DNA of 63,222 nucleotides from an uncultured Fibrobacterota bacterium (GTDB lineage Bacteria; Fibrobacterota; Chitinivibrionia; Chitinivibrionales; FEN-1185), in assembly GCA_963753345.1 (NCBI GenBank), contig CAVWBU010000052.1, positions 1-63,222 of the forward strand, written 5' to 3'. How positions within the stretch are numbered: position 1 is the stretch's first letter; every line of letters starts with the position of its first letter. Below, piece after piece: positions 30,177 to 41,000 of this stretch. Under the pieces are notes generated by a model. It searched no databases and was not told the origin of the DNA. It was given only the letters and a program-made list of their open reading frames with translations. The position numbers were made by a program, and so were the translations under genes.

Positions 30177-31061
30177 ATGCGCGGTCTCAAGATTGCGGTT
30201 TCCGGGAAAGGCGGGGTGGGAAAATCCACGCTCGCTGCTGCGCTGTGCCGAATATTTTCCGGCAAAGGCCAGAGAGTGATCGCCATAGACGCCGACCCCG
30301 ATGCGAACCTGGCTTCGGCCCTGGGATTTCCGCAGGAATTTCTGCCGAAGATCCGACCCCTGGCGCGGGAAGCGGGCCTCATTGAGCAGCGAACCGGTGC
30401 GATTCCGGGCAGGGCCGGGCAGATGTTCTCGCTGTCGCCGGAAGTTGCCGATATCGCCGAGAAGTACGGGCTTGAGCACAACCGCGTTTCCCTGCTCGTG
30501 CTCGGCGCCGTGAAATCCGGCGGCGGCGGCTGCGCGTGCCCTGAAAACGTGTTTCTCAAAAAGCTCATCCGCCACCTCGTACTGCGCGACGACGAAACCG
30601 TGGTGGTCGACATGGAACCCGGCATCGAGCACCTGGGCCGCGCCACGGCGCAGGGCGTTGACGCGATGATAATCGTCCTCGAGCCCGGAACGAGGAGCAG
30701 GGAGACGGCGAGGCGGATAATTAACTTGTCAAAGGACATAGGCCTTTCGAGCAAGCTTTTCTTTGTGCTTAACAAGATAAGAAATGATGATGATGAGCGG
30801 GCGCTGCTTTCGGAAGATTTCGGCGCGATTGAAGTTCTGGGAAGAATTCCATTCGATGATAAATTTGTTGATGCTGATTGCAAGGGAATTTCGATTCTTG
30901 ACATGCCGGGAACAAAGGATCTTAAGGCGGGGTTTGAGGCGATAGCTTATAGATTATTGACAATAGAAAATGGAAAGAGTCTCAAGGGGGGAGGTCTCCC
31001 CCTCGCTCCGGCCTCCTCGGCCTTCGGCCTGCGGGGTCCTGCGCTGCCCCCTCATGGGTAG
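30177..31061 (+). CDS. cooC: CooC-type CODH nickel-insertion ATPase
   Basis: SGKGGVGKST, DADPDANL, GGGCACPEN, DMEPGIEHLGR; 3' end reads into module A. Confidence 0.9.
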   Translation: MRGLKIAVSGKGGVGKSTLAAALCRIFSGKGQRVIAIDADPDANLASALGFPQEFLPKIRPLAREAGLIEQRTGAIPGRAGQMFSLSPEVADIAEKYGLEHNRVSLLVLGAVKSGGGGCACPENVFLKKLIRHLVLRDDETVVVDMEPGIEHLGRATAQGVDAMIIVLEPGTRSRETARRIINLSKDIGLSSKLFFVLNKIRNDDDERALLSEDFGAIEVLGRIPFDDKFVDADCKGISILDMPGTKDLKAGFEAIAYRLLTIENGKSLKGGGLPLAPASSAFGLRGPALPPHG

Positions 31062-31367
31062 CCCCCCTAGCGAGTTGATGTGAGAGATAGAAACTTTTAC
31101 TGCGGGGGCACCGATAGGAATTGTGGATTGATGATTGCGGATTGCGGATTGAAGAATGAAGAGTCTCTAACAGATTGCCTTGAAATTCAGGATGGCGAAA
31201 AGTTAAGCTTGACTAATGATATTTCTTATGCCGCGCGTTAGGGGCGACGGAGGGTGCGCTAGAGCGCATTGCCGGCTGACCCCGCCGAAGGCATAGGGGC
31301 GGTCCGGCAACGAGGCGAATAGCCGAGCCCGGAGGAGAACCGACCCCGCGAAGCGGGGGAACGCCCA
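30986..31367 (+). repeat. composite intergenic element, full
   Basis: A 30986-31112, GATTGCG array 31119-31158, TTGACT 31209, B 31230-31367. Confidence 0.9.
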
Positions 31368-31397
31368 CTTTTTTAATACGAGGAGAATAGAACTATC

Positions 31398-32459
31398 ATG
31401 GCCTCACCATCACCCTTCCTCGCCACCGCAATCGGCAGCCTGCCGCATGCAAGCGCGGAGAAGGCGGTCGACATTGTTCTTGACAAAATCCCGGACTGTC
31501 CTATCTGGCCGCAGCTGCCCAGGCTGGGCCTGCGCGAGCAGATGGAGATCCAGTATGCCGAGGGCCTGCCCTGCGTCGTTATCGACGAGGCAAAGGGAAG
31601 AATGTTTTTCGACACCGCCGACGACAACACAAGCGCTGCGGCCATGGCCGCGTTCTACGAAAAATTCATGGCATCCCAGGAAAGCGGCGACTGGAGCGCA
31701 TTTGCGATCACGCCGGCGTTTTCACGCGGGATTTATGCTCTGCTTGACAGACTGAAATCCGGCGGCGGGAAACGGCCGTGGCTTAAGGTCCAGACAACGG
31801 GCCCGCTTTCCATCGGCCTGTCGATTGTTGATGAGAACAAGCGCGCCATTTATTATAACGAGGCCTTTCGCGACATCATTGTAAAGGGGTGTGTCGCAAA
31901 ATGCCGTTGGCAGCTCGGGCTGTTCAAGCAATATGCAGATAACCTCATCTGCTTCGTTGACGAACCAATATTGTCCGCGTTCGGATCGTCCACCTATGTT
32001 TCGGTCCATCGCGACGATGTGATAGCGGCCCTTGCGGAAGTGGCCGAGGCGATCCACGGCGCCGACGCGTTGTGCGGCGTGCATTGCTGCGGCAACACCG
32101 AATGGCCCATTCTTGCCGAGGCGGGCGTTGACATCATCAATTTCGACGCTTACGGCTACGGCGAGTCCATTGCGCTGTACGCTGGACCAATCGGCGAATT
32201 TCTAAAAGCCGGCAACCGAATTGCGTGGGGCATTGTGCCCACGTCGGAGAAAATCGCGGCCGAGACCGTTGATTCGCTCGTTGGGAAATACGACAAGGCC
32301 GCTGACCTGCTCGCGTCAAAGGGAATTGATAAGGCGCTTATTCGCAAGCAGTCGATGCTCACCCCGTCGTGTGGAACAGGGTCGCTTTCCGAATCGCAGG
32401 CCGAACGGGTGTTCGACCTGCTGGCAGGGACGTCGGAGGCGTTGCAGAGAAGAGGTTAA
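31398..32459 (+). CDS. core (single-barrel) MetE-like methionine synthase, MesB-like
   Basis: TAIGSLPH, WPQLP, FVDEP, Zn ligands HCC and TPSCG; 353 aa. Confidence 0.8.
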   Translation: MASPSPFLATAIGSLPHASAEKAVDIVLDKIPDCPIWPQLPRLGLREQMEIQYAEGLPCVVIDEAKGRMFFDTADDNTSAAAMAAFYEKFMASQESGDWSAFAITPAFSRGIYALLDRLKSGGGKRPWLKVQTTGPLSIGLSIVDENKRAIYYNEAFRDIIVKGCVAKCRWQLGLFKQYADNLICFVDEPILSAFGSSTYVSVHRDDVIAALAEVAEAIHGADALCGVHCCGNTEWPILAEAGVDIINFDAYGYGESIALYAGPIGEFLKAGNRIAWGIVPTSEKIAAETVDSLVGKYDKAADLLASKGIDKALIRKQSMLTPSCGTGSLSESQAERVFDLLAGTSEALQRRG

Positions 32460-32510
32460 AGGGTTTATGGGTTACAGAAAAGAAAGACCACATGTCGGTT
32501 TATGAGGTTG

Positions 32511-32568
32511 TCAACCAGTCAACTCATCAACGCATCAACTCATTAACCCATCAACCATTCCAAACCAA
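32511..32568. repeat. octamer tandem array (TCAACNCA)
   Basis: TCAACCAG TCAACTCA TCAACGCA TCAACTCA TTAACCCA TCAACCAT. Confidence 0.75.
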
Positions 32569-32583
32569 CGGGAAGAACCAACA

Positions 32584-33348
32584 GTGCCCACCATCGCACT
32601 CACCGGCAAAGGCGGCACCGGCAAGACGACCATTGCCGCGCTCATGGTGCGCTGGCTCGTTGCAAACGGGAAGACGCCCGTGCTTGCGGTGGATGCGGAC
32701 AGCAACGCCAATCTCAACGAAATGCTCGGGGTTTCGTATTCGGCAACCGTGGGCGGCGTTCGGGAAGACACGAGGAGCAAGGCCGGGGCGCTCGGCAACG
32801 GCCTTTCCAAACAGCAGTTTCTGGAAGCTGCCATCAACCGGGCGCTTGTCGAAAGCGAAGGGTTCGACCTGATTGTGATGGGAAGGCCCGAGGGGCCGGG
32901 CTGCTATTGTTTTGCGAACAACGTGCTCCGCGACGTGCTTGCTCGCATAGCGAGGAACTATCCTTCCATCGCGGTGGACTGCGAGGCGGGGCTCGAACAC
33001 CTGTCCCGCCGCACGCTGCTCGCGGTGGACTGGCTGGTGACCGTTTCCGATCCGTCAATTCGTGGCCTGCGCACGGCCAAACGGGTTGGTGAGCTTGTTG
33101 ATGAGATGAAGACAAGGGTAAGGCATCGGGCACTTGTTGTCAATATGCTCCGGGATGGTTCCGGCAGATTGAACGATGCGCAACAAAAAGCTGTTGACGA
33201 AAGCGGGTTTGACAGAGTGTTTATGTTACCGTACGATGAGGCGATCAAGGTAATGGATGAGAACGGCGGGACGGTGAGAGATATTGGTGAAACCAGTGAG
33301 ATTTACAAAGGTGTTGCGGGGGTAATGGCTGAGATTGCTAAAGGATGA
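32584..33348 (+). CDS. CooC2/AcsF-type ACS nickel-insertion ATPase
   Basis: GKGGTGKTT, MGRPEGPGCYC, DCEAGLEHLSRR. Confidence 0.88.
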   Translation: MPTIALTGKGGTGKTTIAALMVRWLVANGKTPVLAVDADSNANLNEMLGVSYSATVGGVREDTRSKAGALGNGLSKQQFLEAAINRALVESEGFDLIVMGRPEGPGCYCFANNVLRDVLARIARNYPSIAVDCEAGLEHLSRRTLLAVDWLVTVSDPSIRGLRTAKRVGELVDEMKTRVRHRALVVNMLRDGSGRLNDAQQKAVDESGFDRVFMLPYDEAIKVMDENGGTVRDIGETSEIYKGVAGVMAEIAKG

Positions 33349-33369
33349 AATGGCCCTGGGTTGATATGA

Positions 33370-33577
33370 TGCGGATGCCGATTGGCGCGAAAAAGTTGTT
33401 TGAATGATAAAAGTTCCTATGCCTCGCGTTAGGTGGACCGGAGGGTGAGCCAGAGCGAATTGCCGGCCGACCCTTCGCCGGAGGCGACTAGGGGCGGACC
33501 GGCAACGAGGCGAATAGCCGAGCCCGGAGGAGAACCGACCCGAGCCAGAGTTTTAACGAAGGCGAGGGGAACGCCCA
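33370..33577 (+). repeat. partial composite element (C + TTGAAT + B)
   Basis: GCGGATGCCGATTGGCGCGA 33371-33390; TTGAAT 33400; B 33421-33577. Confidence 0.85.
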
Positions 33578-33600
33578 GATTCTTAGTTACTTGGAGGAAG

Positions 33601-35543
33601 ATGTTAAAAAATCAGGAAAATCTGTCTCATTCCGATCCTGCAACTGTTCAAATGCGGGATGCGGCAAAAAAGCGGGGCATAGAAACCGTATGGGACCGCT
33701 CTGCCGCGAATGTCGTTTGTAAATTCGGCGTCGAGGGGCTGTGCTGCAAGAACTGCAACATGGGGCCGTGCAGAATTTCTGCGAAGACGCCGCGGGGCAT
33801 GTGCGGGGCCGACGCAGACACCATCGCTGCGCGGAACCTGAGCCGCGCCGTCGCGGCCGGAACGTCGGCGCATTCGGACCACGGCCGCCACCTTGTGCGC
33901 ACGCTGCGCATGGTGGCCGAGGGGAAAACCGACTCGTACAAGATAATGCCGATGAGCGGAAACTCCTGGAAGTGGCGGAACTTTACAAGATAGATACCAA
34001 GGACCGGGGGGCACTCGACATAGCGCGTGACCTTGCCGACGCACTGGATGCGGAATTCGCGCACAGTGAAGAACCCATGAAGACGCTGTCCCAAGCGCCT
34101 GTCAAGCGCCAGGCGATATGGCAGAAAGCGGGCGTCCGGCCGCACGGCATAGACCATTCGGTGGTGGAGCTCATGCACCGCACGCACATGGGTGTGGACC
34201 ACGCGTTCGACCATCTTGAACTGGGCACGATCACAACATCGATCGCGGATGGCTGGGGTGGGTCCATGATCGCCACCGCGGTTTCCGACATCCTTTTCGG
34301 CACGCCGAAGCCGGTGCTCTCTTCCGTCAACCTCGGCGTCATTGCGAAAGACCACGTGAACATCGTGGTGCACGGCCACGAGCCCGCGCTGTCCGACTGT
34401 GTGGCGGCGGCGTGCGAGGAACCCGCCGCGATCGAATATGCAAAAAGCAAGGGCGCGGCCGGGATCCGGCTGTCGGGCATCTGCTGCACCGCCAACGAGA
34501 TGCTCATGCGGCGCGGCATTCCCGTGGCCGGGAATTTCCTCCAGCAGGAGCTTGCCATCATGACCGGCGCCGTGGAAATGATGCTCGTGGACGTGCAGTG
34601 CATCATGCCGTCGCTCGCGTCGGTGGCGGCCTGCTTCCACACCAGGGTGGTGGCCACGTCGAAGCTCGCGCACACCGCCGGTTTCGAGACCGTCGACTTC
34701 AATGAGGAGCACGCCATGGAACAGGCGCGCTCGCTGGTGAGGTCAGCAATCGACAACTTTGCAAACAGGAAGAAAGACATGGTGGAGATCCCCGACAGCC
34801 GCGTCGATTTTGTGGCGGGGTTTTCGGTGCGCGCCATCCACGAGATGCTCGGCGGCCGTTTCCGCAGCACCTTCCGGCCGCTCAATGATGCCATTATCGA
34901 CGGCCGCATACGCGGGATCGCCGGCGTTGTCGGATGCAACAACCCGAAGAAGAACCTCGACGGTACCATTGTGCCTCTTGTCAAGGAGCTTATTGCCCAT
35001 GACGTGCTGGTCCTGCTCACCGGGTGCGCGGCGATAAGCTGCGCCAAGGCCGGGCTGCTGTCGCCCGAGACCGCGCGCCAAGCGGCTTCGCCGGGTCTTG
35101 CCGAAGTGTGCGAAGCCATCGGCATCCCGCCAGTGCTGCACATGGGGTCGTGCGTCGACAACAGCAGAATACTGTCGGCTGCCTGCGACGTTCTGCGCGA
35201 GGGCGGTCTCGGCGAAGACATTTCCGACCTTCCCGCAGCGGGCGCTGCGCCCGAATGGATGAGCGAAAAGGCCGTGGCGATAGGCCACTACTTCGTGGCC
35301 TCGGGCATGCTCGTGCTGCTCGGAAGTCCGCTCCACGTAGTCGGCGGCGAGAATCTGAACAAGATGCTCACGCAGGGCGTTGAAGAGACGTTCGGCGGAA
35401 AATTCGCCTGGGGTTCGCATACCGCAACGCAGGTGAAGATCATACTCGACCATATCGACAAGAAACGCGAGGCGCTCGGCATAAACACAAAGAGGCAGCG
35501 CATGCTGTTTGACATGAAGGAAAGAAGGGCGCTCGATGTCTAA
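33601..35543 (+). CDS. cooS: anaerobic Ni-Fe carbon monoxide dehydrogenase (frameshift near 33945)
   Basis: CCKNCNMGPCRI and AHSDHGR in frame 1; VHGHEP, GICCTANE, VDVQC, GCNN, HMGSCVD, SEKA in frame 2. Confidence 0.93.
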
Positions 35544-38500
35544 ACTCATTGCGACTTCTGCGATCCGCGGCGCCCATGCAGCGGTTGCGCAGGCAAAGAA
35601 AAAGGTTGAGGAGGCGCTTGCGGAAAAAGGGCCTGCCTGCCCCGTGGCGTTTCCCAACTCGGGCTATTTCCTGCCGGTTGCGTATTCAATGCTCGGCTCG
35701 GAAATCACCACGCTCGGCCAGCTTGGCGGCGTGCTTGCCGAATGCGATAGGCTGCTTCCGCCGGTCCCGCGCGACACAACATGGCTTCCGTACCTTGGGA
35801 AGGCGCTTGACGCGGGCATGGCCACGCTGTTTGCGTTCGAGATCATCGAGGCGTGCAAGACCGTTATCGGGCCTAACCCGGTACAGGGCATCTGGCTGGG
35901 CGCGGCCGACGATGTGATCATGCGCGAGCGCGGGGTGGAATTCGTGGACGGCTCCGCGCCGGGTTTTGCCGCAATCGTGGGCGCCGCGCCCGACGCAGAC
36001 GCCGCCGTGAAGCTCGCGCGCGAACTGCAGAGCAAGAATCTGTATGTGTTCATGGCGGGACACGTTCACGGCGTGTCGTTTGCCGAACAGCTCGCCAGTA
36101 AGGGCGTTGAGCTCGGATGGCCCACGCGGCTTGTCCCGTTTGGAAAGGACATCAGCGCGAGCATCCACGCGCTCGGGTTTGCCAGCCGTACCGCGCTGTC
36201 GTTCGGCGGAGTGAAAAAGGGCGATTTCAAACGGAACCTTGCCTACAACAAGAACAGGGTGTTTGCGTTCGTGCTCGCGCTCGGCGAGGTTGACGAAGAG
36301 AAATACGCGGCCGCGGCCGGATGCATCAACTACGGGTTCCCGACCATCGCGAACACGCCGATCCCGCAGATTCTTCCGACCGGCATCTGCACCTACGAGC
36401 ATGTGGTGAGCAACGTTCCGCTCGACGCCATGGTGGCGCGCGCGCTCGAAGTGCGCGGATGCAAAGTCAAAGTCACCAGCGTGCCCATTCCCGTCAACTA
36501 CGGTTCCGCCTTCGCGGGCGAGCGCATCCGCAAAGAACAGGTGCACGTCGAATTCGGCGGCACGCGCACCACGGCATTTGAATACTGCACCATGAAAGAA
36601 CCGGCTGAGGTTGAAGACGGGAAGATCATTGTCGTGGGAAAAGAGGCTGACGAAGTCGAACCGGGAACGCAGCTGCCGCTCGCCATCTGGATAGAAGTCG
36701 CGGGCCGCAAGATGCAGCCCGATTTCGAGCCGATTCTGGAGCGACAGGTGCACCATCTTATCAACGGCGCCGAAGGCGTGTGGCACATGGGCCAGCGCGA
36801 CATCGTGTGGGCGCGCATCAGCAAAGACGCATTTGCAAAGGGATTCCGCATACGGCACCTGGGCGAGATCGTCCGCGCGAAATTCCTGAGCGATTATCCG
36901 GCCATTGTCGACAAGGTGCAGGTGACACTGTACACCGCCGCCGACAAGGTGGAGGAGCTTGTGGGGGAGGCGCGGCGGGTATACCGCGAGCGAAATCTGC
37001 GCCTCGAATCCATGACCGACGAAAACGCCGATATTTTCTACAGCTGCCTGTTATGCCAGTCGTTCGCGCCCAACCATGTGTGCGTTATAACGCCCGAAAG
37101 ACTGGGCCTGTGCGGCGCGTACAACTGGCTCGACGGCAAGGCAGCCTACGAAATCGACCCCACGGGTCCCAATCAGCCGCTTACCAAGGGGGAATTGCTG
37201 GACCCGGTGCGCGGCGTGTGGAAGAACATCAACGACTACGTGCACCTGCACTCGAACAAGGCCGTGGAAGAGATCACCATGTATTCGATCATGAAGAACC
37301 CCATGACCTCGTGCGGGTGCTTCGAGGCGATATGCGCCGTGGTGCCGGAGCTCAACGGCATCATCGTTGTCAACCGCGAATACACGGGAGACACGCCGCT
37401 CGGCATGAAATTCTCCACGCTCGCGGGCAATGTGGGCGGGGGCCAGCAGACGCCCGGGTTCATCGGCTGCGGCAAGAGTTTCCTTCTGTCAAAGAAGTTT
37501 CTTGCGGCAGAGGGCGGGTTCAGCCGCATCGTATGGATGCCGTCGTCGCTCAAGCAGCAGATGAAGGAAGATCTGGAAATCGCGGCGAAGCGCACGCAAT
37601 GGCCCGACCTGCTCGACAGAATGGCCGACGAAACAACAGGCGTTGACACGAAAAGCATCCTCACGTTCCTGAAGGAAAAGAAGCATCCGGCACTTGACAT
37701 GTGGGATATCACTGCTCCCAGCCCCGAGGCGCAGAAGACCGATGAGGCAAGGGCGGCATCACAGGGCGGCGCCATTGCAAAGGAAGTGAAACCTGCCAAG
37801 GTGCCTGCTGCAAAACCCGTAGCTTTGTCGAAGGTTATTGTCGTTGGAAAACCGCTGGAGGTGCCGCCGGTTCCCGATACTGGAGCATCGCTTGACGAAT
37901 CGTTAACCTATGTCCGTGCGGTTGTGGCTGATCTGTCGCGAAAGGCTGCATTAGGCGCCAGGGAGCCCGGGCTGGAAGATGCAGTAAGGTCCCTGCTTGC
38001 GTCCGCGACCAGGTTGCAAGCAAAGAACGGTGGAACGTCCCCGGAAATTCGCCGGGAGCGCGAATCCGATCCGGAAATCATCCTTCCCTCAAGATTTGCT
38101 CATGCGAAGGAGACTCTGTCGGGCCGGATCCTTCCCGTCACGCTCGGCGGCAGCGGCACGCGTACGAGCAGGCTCGTTATCGGTGGGGAAACAATCCTTC
38201 CGTTCCGCTATATGGAAGGCGAGGCGGCAAATCCGACCGCGATTGTCATGGAAGTATTCGATGTCCCACCGGAGAAATATCCGCAGACGCTGCGTGATTA
38301 TTACGGGACCCAGCTTGCCGATCCGGCCTCAATGGCGCGCTACTGCGTTGAAAAGCTTGGCGTGCAGGCAATCTCCGTTCGCCTTGACGGATGCCATCCC
38401 GACAAGGGGAACCGCCCGCCCCAGCACGCCGCCGACACGGTCGGCGCGGTCCTCAAGGCGGTCGGCGTGCCCGTGATCGTGAGCGGTCCGGCGCACTTTG

Positions 38501-39042
38501 ACAAGCGCAACGAAGTGATGAAGAAGATCGCCGCGGATTTCGCGGGCGAGAACCTGCTGCTCAACTGGGCCGAGACCGACAACTACAAGACCATTGCCGG
38601 CGCGGCAATGGGCTACGGCCACTGCGTTGTCGCGCAGACGCCCATCGACGTGAATATGGCAAAGCAGCTCAACATTCTGCTTACCACAATGGGAATCGCA
38701 CCCGACAAGATCGTTATCGACCCCATGACCGGTGCGCTTGGCTACGGCCTCGAATACACCTATTCGGTCATGGAGCGCATCAGGCTGGCCGGCCTCGGCG
38801 GAGACGGCATGCTGTCCCAGCCGTTCGTGTGCGCCATCGGGTTTGAGACTGCAAAGTGCAAGGAGGCCAACGCAAGTGGGCCGGAATTTTCCGCGTGGGG
38901 CGATGCGGCGCAGCGAGGGGCAAATCTGGAGGTGAGCGCGGCCATGGCCTTGATAAATGCAGGTGCGAATTTACTTATCATGTATTATCCGGAGGCGGTG
39001 ACGACTATTAAACATGTTATTGATAAGATGAAAAGGAATTAG
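35536..39042 (+). CDS. acsB: acetyl-CoA synthase AcsB fused to corrinoid Fe-S protein small subunit AcsD
   Basis: SCLLCQSFAPNHVC, GLCGA, TSCGCFE, HPALDM (ends about 37710); linker; AcsD motifs PIDVNMAKQLN, DPMTGALGYGLEY. Confidence 0.9.
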   Translation: MSKLIATSAIRGAHAAVAQAKKKVEEALAEKGPACPVAFPNSGYFLPVAYSMLGSEITTLGQLGGVLAECDRLLPPVPRDTTWLPYLGKALDAGMATLFAFEIIEACKTVIGPNPVQGIWLGAADDVIMRERGVEFVDGSAPGFAAIVGAAPDADAAVKLARELQSKNLYVFMAGHVHGVSFAEQLASKGVELGWPTRLVPFGKDISASIHALGFASRTALSFGGVKKGDFKRNLAYNKNRVFAFVLALGEVDEEKYAAAAGCINYGFPTIANTPIPQILPTGICTYEHVVSNVPLDAMVARALEVRGCKVKVTSVPIPVNYGSAFAGERIRKEQVHVEFGGTRTTAFEYCTMKEPAEVEDGKIIVVGKEADEVEPGTQLPLAIWIEVAGRKMQPDFEPILERQVHHLINGAEGVWHMGQRDIVWARISKDAFAKGFRIRHLGEIVRAKFLSDYPAIVDKVQVTLYTAADKVEELVGEARRVYRERNLRLESMTDENADIFYSCLLCQSFAPNHVCVITPERLGLCGAYNWLDGKAAYEIDPTGPNQPLTKGELLDPVRGVWKNINDYVHLHSNKAVEEITMYSIMKNPMTSCGCFEAICAVVPELNGIIVVNREYTGDTPLGMKFSTLAGNVGGGQQTPGFIGCGKSFLLSKKFLAAEGGFSRIVWMPSSLKQQMKEDLEIAAKRTQWPDLLDRMADETTGVDTKSILTFLKEKKHPALDMWDITAPSPEAQKTDEARAASQGGAIAKEVKPAKVPAAKPVALSKVIVVGKPLEVPPVPDTGASLDESLTYVRAVVADLSRKAALGAREPGLEDAVRSLLASATRLQAKNGGTSPEIRRERESDPEIILPSRFAHAKETLSGRILPVTLGGSGTRTSRLVIGGETILPFRYMEGEAANPTAIVMEVFDVPPEKYPQTLRDYYGTQLADPASMARYCVEKLGVQAISVRLDGCHPDKGNRPPQHAADTVGAVLKAVGVPVIVSGPAHFDKRNEVMKKIAADFAGENLLLNWAETDNYKTIAGAAMGYGHCVVAQTPIDVNMAKQLNILLTTMGIAPDKIVIDPMTGALGYGLEYTYSVMERIRLAGLGGDGMLSQPFVCAIGFETAKCKEANASGPEFSAWGDAAQRGANLEVSAAMALINAGANLLIMYYPEAVTTIKHVIDKMKRN

Positions 39043-39044
39043 CA

Positions 39045-40397
39045 ATGGCCAAAAAACTCACCGGGATGGATATATTCAAATTACTCCCCAAAACCAACTG
39101 CGGCGAGTGCGGCGTGGCGACGTGCATGGCGTTCGCCATGAAGCTCGCGCAGAAGAACGCGGAGTTGTCGCAGTGCCCGTATGCTTCCGATGAAGCGAAA
39201 AAAGTGATCGGCGCGGCAAGCGAGCCGCCCATCCGGCTTTTAAAGATCGGGTCCGGGGAGAGAAACGTGTCGCTGGGCAACGAAATTGTGATGTTCCGGC
39301 ATGACAAGACATTCGTTCACCAGACCGCGATTGCGGTCCGGGTGAGCGACACGTTGCCGAAAGAGGAAATAATCCGGCTCGCGTCGGAAATAGAGTCTTA
39401 TTGTATTGTCCGCGTGGGCGAAACGCTCCGCGTGGATATGCTCTGTGTCAACAATGTAAGCGGAGATGCCGGCAAATTCGTTGATGCGGCAAAATCGGTT
39501 GCCGCCCATTTCAAGGGACCGATGATGTTACAAAGCGTCTCGTCCAAGAACCTCATCGAGTGCGGCCGGGCCATTGGCGACCGTGCACCGATTCTTCATG
39601 CAGTTACCAAAAGCAATATAGACGAAATCACGGAATTCTTAACAAAGGCGAAACTGCCGGTGTGTGTGGCGGCGACAAGCGTCGATGAGGCGTTCGAGCT
39701 CACGCAAATTCTTGGTGACAAGGGTCATAGGGACACTATTATTGATATTGCGGCCGACAACCCCGCGGCCATGATTCAGAACAATACCGTAATCCGAAAG
39801 GCCGCGATTGTGTCGTCGGTGAAGCAGATGGGATATCCGATTGTCAATTTTGTCACCGGCAGGCAGTCGGCGGCCGAGATGGTCGCCGACGCGTCGAGCG
39901 CGATCTGCAAGTATGCGTCCATCGTCGTGATCGACAGGCCGGACAGAGAGGCCCTGCTGCCCCTGCTTATCCTGCGCCAGAACATCTACACCGACCCGCA
40001 GAAGCCCATTCAGGTCGACGCCGGCATTTACAAGATAGGAGATGCCGGGCCGGACGCGCCGCTGGCCGTCACCACGAATTTCTCGCTTACCTATTTTATC
40101 GTGAGCGGCGAGCTGGAAAACGTGGGCGTGCCGGTCCACCTCGCCGTTGTCGACGCCGAGGGCATGAGCGTGCTCACCGCGTGGGCGGCGCGCAAGTTCA
40201 ACGGAGAAAAGATCGGAGCGTTCCTTAAAAGCAAAGACGTTGACACGCAGTACACATCGCGGAAGCTCATCATTCCCGGGTATGTGGCGTCCATTTCCGG
40301 CGAGCTCGAGGAGCAGATGCCCGGCTGGCAGGTCCTCGTCGGGCCGCAGGAGGCGTCGGACATCGGGCCGTTTATGAAGAGATTGGGGAAGGGGTAG
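39045..40397 (+). CDS. acsC: corrinoid Fe-S protein large subunit
   Basis: LPKTNCGECGVATCMAFA, IYTDPQKP, TTNFSLTYF, SVLTAWAA, GPQEA. Confidence 0.95.
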   Translation: MAKKLTGMDIFKLLPKTNCGECGVATCMAFAMKLAQKNAELSQCPYASDEAKKVIGAASEPPIRLLKIGSGERNVSLGNEIVMFRHDKTFVHQTAIAVRVSDTLPKEEIIRLASEIESYCIVRVGETLRVDMLCVNNVSGDAGKFVDAAKSVAAHFKGPMMLQSVSSKNLIECGRAIGDRAPILHAVTKSNIDEITEFLTKAKLPVCVAATSVDEAFELTQILGDKGHRDTIIDIAADNPAAMIQNNTVIRKAAIVSSVKQMGYPIVNFVTGRQSAAEMVADASSAICKYASIVVIDRPDREALLPLLILRQNIYTDPQKPIQVDAGIYKIGDAGPDAPLAVTTNFSLTYFIVSGELENVGVPVHLAVVDAEGMSVLTAWAARKFNGEKIGAFLKSKDVDTQYTSRKLIIPGYVASISGELEEQMPGWQVLVGPQEASDIGPFMKRLGKG

Positions 40398-40428
40398 AGC
40401 TTCGCATTTTTGTCCATGAAAGATGACT

Positions 40429-40636
40429 TGGGCGTTACCCTCCCCCTCGCACGTGCTCGGCGTCGGGTCGGTTCTCCTTCCGGTCCACCCCTTCGGGTGC
40501 TTCCAAGGGTCGTCGGCCTTCGGCCTCGGGCCGCCTCGGCCCCTATGCCGCGGTAGCGGCGGGGCCAGGCGGCATCCCGCTTTGGCGGGACCTCCAGTCG
40601 CCCCTAACGCGCGGCATCGGAAATATATTCTGTCAA
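40429..40636 (-). repeat. TTGACA + module B copy
   Basis: B 40429-40615; TGTCAA at 40631-40636. Confidence 0.85.
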
Positions 40637-40728
40637 GGACTATATCTTGCGCTATTTGGAAACATTATGATCTCGCGCAAGTAAACTCCTATTTGTCAGG
40701 TATGCATAGAGTGTGGAATGTTCCTGAT

Positions 40729-40868
40729 GCCACGCGCCAGGCAGGACTGGAGGCCGCGCCAGAGCGCGGTGCTGCCTGACCACGGCCCGCAGGGCCTTTG
40801 TGGCAGGCAGCCCGAGGCCGAAGGCCGAGACCGGAAGGACGGCCGCCGCCGTCTTCGGCGGGGCGCCC
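40729..40868 (+). repeat. module B' copy
   Basis: GCCACGCGCCAGGCAGGACTGGAGG...CGGCGGGGCGCCC. Confidence 0.85.
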
Positions 40869-41000
40869 GGATCTTCTCTTGAGTTTTGAGACAGGCTGGC
40901 CTTCCCCCGCCAAATAGTATTAATGCATAATTTGGTATTCTTTCCCACAATCAAGCATATTCTATGGTTTCCAAAATGAAACCTTTGCACCGGGAGGCAC

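Noticed and set aside
33940-33950. Programmed ribosomal frameshift in cooS
   Set aside because: No slippery heptamer, and similar lone indels in pyk, purH and topA point to sequencing error
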